In this document: piece by piece, positions 22,549-33,663 of the stretch
Layout of the letters: each line of letters starts with the position of its first letter
Position numbering within the stretch: position 1 is the stretch's first letter
Source: Utricularia gibba
Taxonomy: Eukaryota > Plantae > Magnoliophyta
Reading direction: 5' to 3'
DNA length: 64,000 bases
NCBI GenBank assembly: GCA_002189035.1
Contig: CM007992.1
Coordinates: forward strand, 3,596,001 to 3,660,000
The notes under the pieces: model-generated
What the model saw: the letters and a program-made list of their open reading frames with translations, nothing else
Databases searched by the model: none
Told to the model about the DNA's origin: nothing
Made by a program: the position numbers and the translations under genes

Positions 22549-24474
22549 ATGGGTGTTTCCGGTTTGTGGATACTCCTGTTGGTGGCTCTGGTTCTGCCTG
22601 TTCCGGCGCCGGCCGACATAGTGTCGGAAACGGCGGCGTTGCTGGCTCTCCGATCTGCTCTGGGCGGCCGGCTCCTTTTGTGGAATGTTTCGAGTTCTGC
22701 GTGTGGATGGGCAGGAGTGAGGTGTACGCCGGAAGGGGATGCGGTAGTTGGGCTTCGGCTTCCGGGAATGGGGCTTGTTGGGGTTGTGCCGCCTGGTACA
22801 ATATCGAATCTTACGAATCTGCGTACTCTGAGCCTGCGTTTCAATTCGCTGGCGGGTTCGCTTCCAGAGGATACGTTCTCGTCGCTTACTCTTCTGCGGA
22901 ACCTGTATTTGCAGAATAACTTTTTCAGCGGCGAGATCCCGGGGTCGCTGTTTGGTTTGACGTCGCTTGTTCGTCTGAATTTGGCGAACAACAACTTCTC
23001 AGGCGCGGTTTCTTCTTCTTTCAACAACTTGACTCGACTTGGGACGCTTTACTTGCAGAACAATCATTTTTCTGGGCCGTTTCCTGATCTGAGATTCCCG
23101 GCTTTGGCTCAATTCGACGTTTCCAACAACCAGCTTACTGGACAGATCCCAGCAGGTTTATCTGGTCATTCCAGTAGTTCTTTTGCGGGAAACTCCCTCT
23201 GCGGCGCCCCTCTTGATTCTTGCGGCGTTGGGACTCGCAGGAAAAGGTTGTCTGGCGGCGCCATTGCCGGAATCGTGATTGGTTCCCTGCTTGGCTTTCT
23301 TCTTATCCTACTTCTCTTGTTCTGTTTGTTAAAATTCCTGGCCGGAAAAGGTGAGAAATCGAAGGATAAGAAGAAAGATGGGAACACAGTAGAGAGATCG
23401 GTGGAGACCACAGGTGTGGCTACTAGTTCCTTAGCAACTGCCGCCGCTACAGAGAAAACGGTTGTCGCAGGCGGTGGCAACAAAGCTTTGATTTTCTTCG
23501 GATCCACCAGTTGGAGTTTCAACTTAGAAGAACTCCTAAAGGCTTCTGCAGAAGTTCTTGGGAAAGGAACCTTTGGAACCACTTACAAGGCGGTGCTTGA
23601 AAAAGGCGCGGCGGTTGCAGTGAAACGGCTGAGAGAAGTGAAACTTGGGGAGAAGGAGTTCAAGGAAAAGATTGAAGAAGTTGGAGCTGTAAACCATGAG
23701 AATTTGGTTGCTCTGAGAGCTTATTATTTCAGCAATGACGAAAAGCTTCTGGTCTTTGATTATCTCCCTCTGGGAAGCTTATCTGCATTGTTACATGGTA
23801 AGAGTTTCAGATTCATCTCTTTTTCGTTTCTCTTATGAAACCCATTTGCAGGAAACAAAGGTTCCGGCCGCACGCCATTGAATTGGGAAACAAGAGCCTC
23901 GATTGCGCTCGGTGCCGCCAGAGGAATCACTCATCTCCATTCACAGGGCCCTTCAGCTTCTCACGGTAACATCAAGTCTTCCAACATTCTCTTGACCGAG
24001 TCATACGAAGCGCAGGTCTCCGATTTCGGCCTTTCACATATCGCTTCTCCGACACCTACTCCGTCGCGCGTCGCCGGTTACCGCGCGCCGGAGGTAACCG
24101 ATCCCCAGAAGGTTTCGCAGAAAGCCGATGTCTACAGCTTCGGAATTTTGCTTTTGGAGTTGCTGACGGCGAAGGCGCCGGCGAATTCGTTGACAAACGA
24201 AGAAGGGGTGGATCTTCCGAGATGGGTTCAATCAGTGGTGCGTGAAGAGTGGGCCAACGAAGTTTTCGATCTCGAGCTCCTCCGCTACCAGAATGTGGAG
24301 GAGGAGATGGTTCAGCTGTTACAGCTTGCAGTCGATTGCACTTCTCTGATACCCGACAACCGGCCGGCTATGACCGAGGTGACCGCCAAAATCGAGGACA
24401 TTTGTCGCCGTAGTTTGGAGACCGGCGGCGTTGACATAGAAGAAGATGTCAGGGGTGCGTCGGCAACAAGTTAG
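22549..24474 (+). CDS. LRR-III receptor-like pseudokinase (RKL1/RLK902/KIN7-like), 2 exons (22549-23797, 23852-24474)
   Basis: Signal peptide, LRRNT, about 5 LRRs, TM segment [25 protein letters not shown], and HGNIKSSN lacking the catalytic Asp; GT-AG intron restores the frame. Confidence 0.96.
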
Positions 24475-25938
24475 TCACCAAAGATTGGACTTTTTATCAT
24501 CTATTGATTGCTCCATTTGATTCCCTGCCATTGTCAGTCGGTGATTGGTTCTTTTTTCTTCATCATTTCAAGTGATTTGTTGTATATCTTCAGTTTCATG
24601 CTGTTCTATTACTACACTATCAGTCATCGAGCTCCCAAATCTCATCCATGGCGGCTTCCGCCTGTGTGTTGTATCCCACAGAAGGCAATGGATTCCATGC
24701 TAAACAGTTTCCATTACCCACAAAAACCTTGCGGTTCGATTATCTCTCTGTAGAGTGAAAGCATCTCGGTGATTTCACCTTGGTCAGTACAGACACCCAC
24801 ACACACACATGATGTGTCTCTGCTGTCTCTGTTCTTCCTCTTCTTCAAGGCCGTTGCACCTGCAACGAAAGGGTCAGATCATGATCCCATTTAATGTAAG
24901 ATGTGATAGTCTGTCTGAGCATACACAGTGCCTTTGTCCCAACAGCTCGCCATACGCAACATACACATGAGTTGTAAAGGGATGCAAATCACATCTGTTA
25001 AATGGCAACGCACAGCACAACTTTCGGGTTAACCAACTTCAACTTCAACCACAATAGCAAATTACTCGTGTTGACACGAAAGTGAAGATGTAAGGCCCGG
25101 GGCTTGTCATGGTCTAACACATAGGTTACAGACGTGGAATAATATGAGATTGCATAGAATGATCACGTAAATATTTTACGAAACTTTTTTTTCAGTATGA
25201 TGAAAAATTATTGATAATAACTTCAAAGTTTAGCATGTTTTATCCGAATTAATTTCAAGATGCATGACCATCTTGGAAGTTTCTAATCAAAGATAGAAAA
25301 AAAAACGTAAAAACATGAAGATTAGGTATTCGAAGCAAATAATATTATTCAAAATGACGTGAATCATGATATTCATTATCACATTCAAATTTGGGTTCAT
25401 ACCAATGGTATTCCATATTGAAATTAAATAGAGGTATCAACCTAATAAAACTATATCGTATAAAACGAGAATGATTTATGATATAAGACCAGTGTTTTGG
25501 AGACATCATCAATACATCTGCAACCTATAAAACACATACGCTCCCGGTTTTTGTGTGATGCCGGTTTGGTTGTAGTTGAATGGGAGAAGTATACAGCGGC
25601 TGCGAGCGCAAGAGCGTGTGGGGTGGAGACTTTTGTTGGTTTCAGCGTAAGGACATGGGGATGAGTAGGATATCAAGTGTTGGGTCGTCATGTCTGTGCA
25701 TGTACGGGGCGTGGGGACATTCTTGTCTGTTTCAGAAAAACGCTTGTAAGAGAATGGTTTCTATGGAGTACCTAAGGCATAGAGACCGAGCCCAGCCGAG
25801 GTGGCCCTTATTTCTAGGCCATGCCTAGTCTAGGACTCTGGGTCTTCTTAGTGGGCCAATTCCTAGGGCCTGTGTCTTTCCTTTGTGTTTGTCTTGGAAG
25901 TTATTTATGAAATATGAAATATGAAATTAATTATTTTA

Positions 25939-25958
25939 ATATATATATATATATATAT
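25939..25958. repeat. (TA)n microsatellite
   Basis: Direct read. Confidence 0.9.
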
Positions 25959-26584
25959 TATAATTTTTATATTAATATAAAATTTCTCATTCTTTACAAA
26001 TCACATTTTTTTTCTTCTTTTATTTATTTTTTAAATCACAGAATTTTAATTCGTGCCTAAGTTATTAGGTGGTATTTGGTAGATAATTTAACATGCTAAT
26101 TACTTGGTTTTAAATAAAATATAATTTATGAATTAAAATTTAAATGCATTGGAAACCTTTCTCGATAGAAATAAAGAGAATAAAAACCATTCTAGACGAT
26201 TTGAAATATAAGAAATGAAAAATGTTTCATATAAACTGAATGTTTTTCAATATAATTATTCGAAAAAGTATAATTTATGAACTATCAATGGATACGAGTA
26301 AAAGGAATTAATGTTTTTGGTGAAGTAAGTTGATATGAATGGATAACTAATTCATTACATGCTTTAGAAAATTGTATAGGCTAAGTTTTTTTTTTATCAA
26401 ATTTTGTAAGTATTCAACTTGCGGGATTCGATTTACACGTAGAGTAAGCAACTTTTGGGTTGTCTGAACGTCGAGTCTTGAAACTTGGTTCAAGTTTACA
26501 TAGAACACACCTCTGTTAACGAATTTACCTGCCATGACCTAAACGAAGGAAAAGATCTTAGGAATTTCCATGGTTTTTCTGCCT

Positions 26585-27485
26585 TCATTGCCATGGAGCA
26601 ACGTAGGATTCTGTACAAATTTCATTCAGCTCACTCTGCTTGTTGATCAGGTAGAGATCGTCGAACCAGGCGTCGTCCATCGTCATCTCCCGGATAATAT
26701 CCACCGGGAATTGGAGTTCCGAACTGTGGGTTGATGAAGAGGGAGTGGTAGAAGTTGATGTATTTTCCTCCCATGGAAGAAGCAGAATGTCTTCTGGATC
26801 CATCACCGGGATCTCTTCGACGCTGAAATCGGTATCGAGGAATGACTCCGTTACTTCTTCAGCGAGGTTGCTTTCACGAGTCTCCTTGCCGGATTCTTCC
26901 ACCGGAGAAGAGCTGAGTATGTCACCGCTATCTCCGGCGGCCTCCTCCGGCGAAGCTACCTCCTGGGATCGGAGTGGCTGGTGCGTTGAAGGATCTAGTC
27001 CCATTTTCCTTAGCTTCTTCTTAATGTGAGTGTTCCAATGGTTTTTTATCTCGTTATCAGTTCTCCCAGGCAGCTGCGACGCTATCTTGGACCATCTGTT
27101 TATGGAGTATTTTTTATGAAAAATAAAAAAGAAATGAGAACCATATGAAACTGCACCTGTTTCCGAGCTTCGCGTGAAGATCGATCACGACCTTCTCTTC
27201 GTACTCCGACAGAAGCCCTCTCTTCACACCAGGTCTCAAGTAATTCGTCCACCGCAGCCGGCAGCTCTTCCCACATCTCAACAACCCTAAAAGAATCGAT
27301 ATTGTCAAGAAGAATCATATATTGTTAGAGCAATCGGTGTGGGATTCCAGACCTGCGAGCTTAGGGAGGGCGCGCCAGCAGCATTGGCCGTTGGTGAGAA
27401 TGAAGGTGATGAGCTTGCGGTCTTCGTCGGCAGTCCAGGGCCCTTTCTTCAGACCAACTTTGTCGCAGCAGGGTTGCCTCCCCAT
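26585..27485 (-). CDS. R2R3-MYB transcription factor (MYB20/42/43/85 clade), 3 exons (27485-27353, 27286-27157, 27095-26585)
   Basis: [18 protein letters not shown]..., [46 protein letters not shown], then [11 protein letters not shown]; canonical 133/130-nt exons. Confidence 0.97.
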
Positions 27486-28522
27486 CCTCTGGTTTACGAC
27501 GGCAGCCCCACGATCATATCAATGCAGCAAATAAAGTATACAGCAGGAGATCTGGTGGACAGACTCTCACCAGCTCCGGGAAGACTTTCTCCGCCTATTT
27601 ATAATACCAAAAGCATACAGAAACAACGGCGTAGCATCAACTATTCTTTGTATTCAACTCCTTGGAAGAAACATCAATTCTCTATTATTTTTCACATAAA
27701 ATTCAAACAAAACGATGGCTGGTCGCAGTACATGCGGCGCTGTCAGCAAGGAAAAGGCAAACAAGAAAACAAAGTTTTCTTCTTTGTCAACACCGACGTT
27801 CTGATCCATACTCTTCGAAGAGCGTCGTTGTACTTGCTGTTGGGGGGTGGCTTTCCGAAGCGAGAAGGGTGGGTTGGCGTTCGTACGTTCAAAGCAATCC
27901 AAATAGAAGAATGAAGTGGGGTCTGGAGCTTGTCTTCAAGTGTCAGCTACGTTACTGGTAAAACGGGGTGGCAATTCAAACACGTGTGGGTTCGACTTCT
28001 CCTTTATTTCTTCAAAAACGGCCAGCCAGAAAAGAAAGCGCGTTATCCATCTGCAAAATGCGATTATCCGTTTATGGTGCGCTTTATTGGGGCCGCCATT
28101 GTTAAACGTGATTTCCTGGATCTCGAATGGGTGGAAGTCTTTGTTGGGGCAGGCTTGTAAAAACATGGGCTACATTTCCTTGACTTTTTGGACCGTTGGA
28201 TCCAGCTCTTCTTCTCGGCAAAGGCCGGATCCTTTGTCCAATCAGAGAGTGGTGGCTCTGTGGTCGAAGGGTACAAAGTACTGGTGTTTACTGTGCTTCA
28301 AGCTGTAGGAGTAGCCGTTGGTGGTAGTAAATGATCTTCTGACAACGATTTTGTGATTGACGCTCTCAACCATTTTATTCTTTTCTGCCTTTCTGTCCTC
28401 AGGACCCCCCTCCCCATTCGAAAATATTTCTTCCCTTTTTGCTTGCTGAGTCTCTTGTATTTGTCTCTATTTTTCAAAGTTTCTACTTTTTCCTCACTTG
28501 TGTTTCTGGGGTGAAACAAGAA

Positions 28523-30287
28523 ATGGCCTTGCTGCGCTTTCTTTTGCTTTTCATTGTTCCTTTTGCTTCAGCTCAAGAAGGTAGATGAAACTAGAAATGG
28601 GGTCGTAGTGTTACCCCTTAATCTGCGATTAATGACTTGTTTTTAAACCTCCTTTTTTCATGATTCTCTTGCAGAAGCTTTCATAGGAGTGAACATAGGA
28701 ACTGATCTCTCGGACATGCCTCACCCAACTCAGGCAGTCGCTTTGCTGAAAGCCCAACAAATACGCCATGTGAGGCTGTACAATGCTGACAGAGGAATGC
28801 TTCTTGCTCTTGCCAACACTGGAATCAAGGTTACTATAACCTTGCCGAATGACGAGCTCGTAGGGATTGGCCAATCTAATTCCACTGCAGCCAGTTGGGT
28901 TTCACAGAACGTGGTTGCTCATTACCCTGCTACTAATATTACAGCAATTTGTGTTGGCTCCGAGGTTCTGACATCTCTTCCCAATGTTGCGCCTGTTTTA
29001 GTTGATGCCCTGAAGTTTATACATTCTGCATTGGTTGCTTCAAATCTTGAAACCAAAATCAAAGTTTCAACTCCTCTTGCTTCTTCCATTATCCTGGACT
29101 CCTTCCCACCTTCGCAGGCCTTTTTCAATCGCTCATGGAATCCTGTTTTAGTCCCATTGCTCAAGTTTTTGCAGTCCACTGATTCCTATTTCATGCTTAA
29201 TATTTATCCATACTTTGAGTACATTCAGTCAAATGGTGTGATTCCATTGGATTATGCACTTTTTAAGCCCCTTCCCTCAAATAAAGAAGCTGTGGATGCC
29301 AACACCCTTCTCCATTACACAAACGTCTTTGATGCTATGGTTGATGCTGCTTACTCTGCAATGGCTGATCTTAACATCACGAATGTTCCTGTTATGGTTA
29401 CCGAGTCCGGATGGCCGTCCAAAGGGGATTCCAATGAACCAGATGCAAATCCCGGCAATGCTAATACTTACAACAGTAATTTGATCAGGCATGTGCTTAA
29501 CAAAACTGGAACTCCTAAGCGGCCTGGTGTGGGAATTAGTGCTTTCATCTATGAGCTCTATAATGAGGACATGAAACCAGGGCCAGTGTCTGAGAAAAAC
29601 TGGGGCTTGTTCAACTCAAATGGTGCCCCGGTTTATGTTCTCCAGCTTTCCGATTCTGGCTCTGTGTTGGCAAACGACACCATGAACCAGACTTACTGTG
29701 CTCCAAGAGAAGGGACAGATGAAAGAATGCTGCAAGCTGCCTTAGACTGGGCTTGTGGTCCTGGAAAGGTGGATTGTTCACCATTGTTGCAGGGGAAGCC
29801 TTGCTATGAACCAGATACAGTGTTTGCACATGCTGCGTACGCATTTGATGTGTATTATCATCTAATGGGGAGAGCTCCCGGGAGCTGTGATTTCAATGGA
29901 GCTGCTACAATCACCACAACCAATCCAAGTAACCATCACACAGTTGAATTCTTAAATTTTGATCATCCCACTCTTTCAGTAGTCTCACACTTGTGTATTT
30001 GATTGTTTCAGGTCATGGTTCTTGTATCTTCCTTGAAAGGTGAAGGGAATCCAAGAACTGTCTGTGATTTCTGCTGTGGAATAAGTAATTATGGTTACTA
30101 ATGTGTGTGTTTTTCTTTTATCTGATGCAGCAGTTACAGGAATGGTACACTTCTGAATACAACTATTCCAGCTTCAGATTCAGACGCCAAGTTCAAATTC
30201 TCCCCTGCATATGTTGTGATTGCTTCTGCTGTCCTGCATATAGCTTTTGCTGATGTTTATGAGATGAGACTGATGAGACTCTCCTGA
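28523..30287 (+). CDS. GH17 glucan endo-1,3-beta-glucosidase with X8 (CBM43) domain, probably GPI-anchored, 4 exons (28523-28580, 28675-29928, 30012-30039, 30131-30287)
   Basis: Signal peptide; VGSEV and VTESGWPS catalytic Glu motifs; YELYNED, NWGLF; X8 motif LDWACGPGKVDCSPL..CYEPDT; hydrophobic C-terminal tail. Confidence 0.95.
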
Positions 30288-30471
30288 ATATATTTGTTTA
30301 AATTCTAGCAGTTCTTATTGAAATCAGGAGGAACAAAAGCTCAAAACTACATTCTTTACACAAGGAACAAGCAATGCCAATTGTCAAACATTGAGAAAAT
30401 GAGGATATAGAGTGGCCATGCATTGAAAATACATTCAGCAAGATAAGGTAAAGAAATGGGGTTACTTGTGA

Positions 30472-31431
30472 TCACCCCAAGCTCGATCGAGTAACTTCAT
30501 ACGCGAGGAAGCAGGCGGCGTTAGCCGGAACACTGCGAGCCATCGCAGGACCGAACCCTTGTACAGTCCTTTGATCCCTTCTGCTTTCAAGGTCTTGCGG
30601 AAAGCATCGATGGATCCTGAGAACTTGGGGTTCTTGTAGTCATCCACTTGCACGACGCTCTTGACTACATCAGTAGGATAAACAGCAAGCCAGAAGGCAG
30701 CTCCGGCCAAGCCTCCAGCCAACATCAATGATCCTCTTCCTAATTTAGATGTGTCTTCGCCACCGGCGAGATACTGTTTCAAGGCTTCATAGACACCAAA
30801 CATGGCAGCATTTCCGGGTACTTCACGAGCCAAGGTTGGGGCCAGTCCCTTGAAAAGTCCCCTCGCTCCACCTTCTGAATGAAGCACATGCCTTGCCACG
30901 TCAACTGGTCCAGCATACCTCAGTGCAACGCTGCCCTCTCCGGCCACCGTCGCTAGCACACTTTGTGCCTGCAGCCTGCATGATATGGATTATACAATAA
31001 GCTTTGCATCTTTATGGTCGAGTTGTTTAATTTACACACCTGCATTTGATGAGCTCAGTGGGGCAAGCCAAAAAAGAAACAGCAACACCGGCACCGGCGC
31101 CACAAATGACCTGCTGTTGAACAGAGAGGGGTGCACCAGGTTCAGTTCTCAACAGTGCTTCCATTTGGCCACGGACAGTGAACAAAACGGCATTGAAGGC
31201 TGCCACGGTAGCAAGAGGCGCGCCCATACCCTTGAACAAGCCCCTTGGACCTTCTGCAGCGATTGTTTGCTTTAAAGCATCAACGGCACCAGCATATTTT
31301 GGGGCCTGTCCAGGAGGAGGAATCGGCTGGCTTTGGAGCTTGACCTTGATGGTATCGAAGGGGTGACCGCATATCAGCTGCGCTGAACCTCCAACAGTCC
31401 CAGCAACAAGATCTTTGGCTACGTCACCCAT
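30472..31431 (-). CDS. BOU: Mitochondrial carrier, A BOUT DE SOUFFLE-like, 2 exons (31431-31040, 30975-30472); apparent 1-bp deletion at about 30554
   Basis: MGDVAKDL start and three carrier signatures (PFDTIK, PTELIK, PTDVVK). The conserved tail FGPAMARSVPANAACFLAYEVTRSSLG* lies in a shifted frame; as read the ORF ends at 30462. Confidence 0.93.
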
Positions 31432-33155
31432 CTGGAGAAATTCCCTGTAGACAGAAGAAATCAGAAAGAATCACTAAAGTTCACAACTTGGCAAGTTTCA
31501 GAGCAATAATACAGTGATCCCGGCACATAAACGTAATGTTTCACTTGAGACATTCACAGGGACGAACATATGCCGGCAAAGGCACATTATTTTAAGAAGA
31601 AATGTTAGGTATGAACTATAGAAATACCCAGCAGCCTACGTAGAAATACTTGATCCGAGTAAAACTTCCTTGACTACAAGAAACTTGAAATCCAATGTTC
31701 CATTTTCCTTTTGGGAAATACCAAAACCATTACTTGCAGGATTCAAAGGAAGACAAAAACATTATAGTGAAGAAGCTATTTCGACCGTCTCACGAAAATA
31801 TCGAGACCTCGGAGAAATTCGTCTCAAGCAAGATGGCAAACCTCAGATGGCTTCCTGTCAACCGTCAAGAAAATGAATCAAATGGGACTCAAGAGAGATC
31901 CCCAGATGTATAAAAGATGAGATTCAGAGAAATCGCAGCTACTCAGTACAGCAGAACATGAACAGTGTGTATAGGCATGGAGAGAGAATTATTGAATTTA
32001 GAGTTTCGTTGAGAGAAAATGCAGACCAGAAGAAGGGGGCGAGGGAAATGCGGCTGGCGTTCTTGCGTCAACCTCAGCCTCTCGCCTCGCTTGGAGTGAG
32101 TAGTATTAATGCCCCCGAACTCCAAGAAATCCGCAGATTCCTTATTCCATAAAGGCTCGAAAAATGTATGGATGTCCTCAAAGAAAAAGAATAAAAATAG
32201 ATTTTCCACAAGAGAATAAATCTGGCCCCGTGCATGATTGTAGGTAGCTCGCATGTCTCAGTCGCCGGAGAGAAAGGTTTCTGCATTGAAAGATTTGATT
32301 TTTCCGTCAACTTGGAGGGCATACCGTATGAAAACATGGCCATATTTGTGATGGAGTACGTTGAGAGCGTGATGCCGAACTACCCATCGGAATATAACTC
32401 TTGGCGAAGATCCTAACTTTGCTACATGCCATGATACTGGTGCTAGGGCAACCGGGGGCTCTCCTAATCTTGTGATGAAGTCACCCATTTGCTCTTCCGT
32501 CTTGGGGCAAACATGTGGAGAGTAGGTACCTTTTAAACTTGCATAGCATCTTGAAACCTTCTTGGGCGTTAAAGTTCTGATATAGAGTGGATTGCCACTT
32601 TTTAGAACTGCAAGGCGATTTTGTGTAACACTGTGAATTGGATCTTTTGGAATGTTCTTCTTTTGCTTTTTCAGGGTTCTTGTTGGAGGTCCAAAAGCAC
32701 TTACAATGGACTTCACCTCCATGAAGCATTTACAATTGGATCTTTTCCGGGCTAGCGGTTGGAAGAACGGATGATGATATCATCACTTGCCATGGGCTTA
32801 CATTTGTTCCTAGTTTTCTGGGATTTTGAACTCTGCTCGCCACATAACCCACTAGGATGCTCATGGCAGCTTCAGGGATGATTGGCAGGGAGGATTCGGT
32901 TTCCATTTCAGATTCAGGGCAGTAAATCTAAATTTCAGACAGAGGAACAAGAACACCAAGATGACTCTTTCGCTGGGTTCAGTAATCAAATATTCAGAAG
33001 AGGAGAACAAGATCCTTCCCGAGTTCAAGCACCTCAATTTCACACTGAATTGGTCGCATATACAGATATACTTGCTAGAAGGGAAGAACAAAGAAGCTAT
33101 ACTGAGGAGGTATACAGATAGTGACACACTGGGCAGACACGCAATGAACAATTCG

Positions 33156-33458
33156 TCAATCACCAGCAGCAGCAGCCAAGGAAGGGGACGAAGAAGAGTA
33201 GAGACGAACCAGGTATTCTTGCTGTTCTCTGTATCGACTCCTGAGGTAGGTTTCGAGGATCTCCATGACGCGCACGAACTTCTTCATTTCTTCCAGACGG
33301 CGGCTGAGGTCGGCTTCCCTCGCCCTGGCTTCCTCCAAACGCGCCTCGGTTTCGGCTAATCGATCTCTCAGATTCTGCACCACCGTGTTTCGATTCTCCT
33401 CCAACCAGATTCCGAAGGTGTCATCTTGCGGCGGCGATCGCTCCTTTCCGTGGCACAT
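33156..33458 (-). CDS. SKIP34: SKP1-interacting partner 34-like small coiled-coil protein, 100 aa
   Basis: LRDRLAETEARLEEARAREADLSRRLEEMKKFVRVMEILETYL motif; head-to-head with ecdysoneless, an arrangement recalled from Arabidopsis At5g65495/At5g65490. Confidence 0.85.
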   Translation of the reverse strand: MCHGKERSPPQDDTFGIWLEENRNTVVQNLRDRLAETEARLEEARAREADLSRRLEEMKKFVRVMEILETYLRSRYREQQEYLVRLYSSSSPSLAAAAGD

Positions 33459-33663
33459 TTCCGTTCCACCGTGTGCTTTGTCAAGCGTTATCCGGTTTTG
33501 ATGTGCATTTGTATTTGTGTTGGGGGCTTGTACTTTATTCTATTTACCAATTGTGATCCATATTTACTTGAAATTACTCAAATGGTCCCTTATTTATCCT
33601 TAATTATGTAAGTCTTCTAGGGGTTCTTGCATCTTCAAGAACCCTCCTTTTTGAGGTTTAGCG

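Noticed and set aside
27916-28330. 60-130 aa ORFs between MYB and GH17
   Set aside because: No motif or consistent splice structure; more simply the divergent promoter and leader region.
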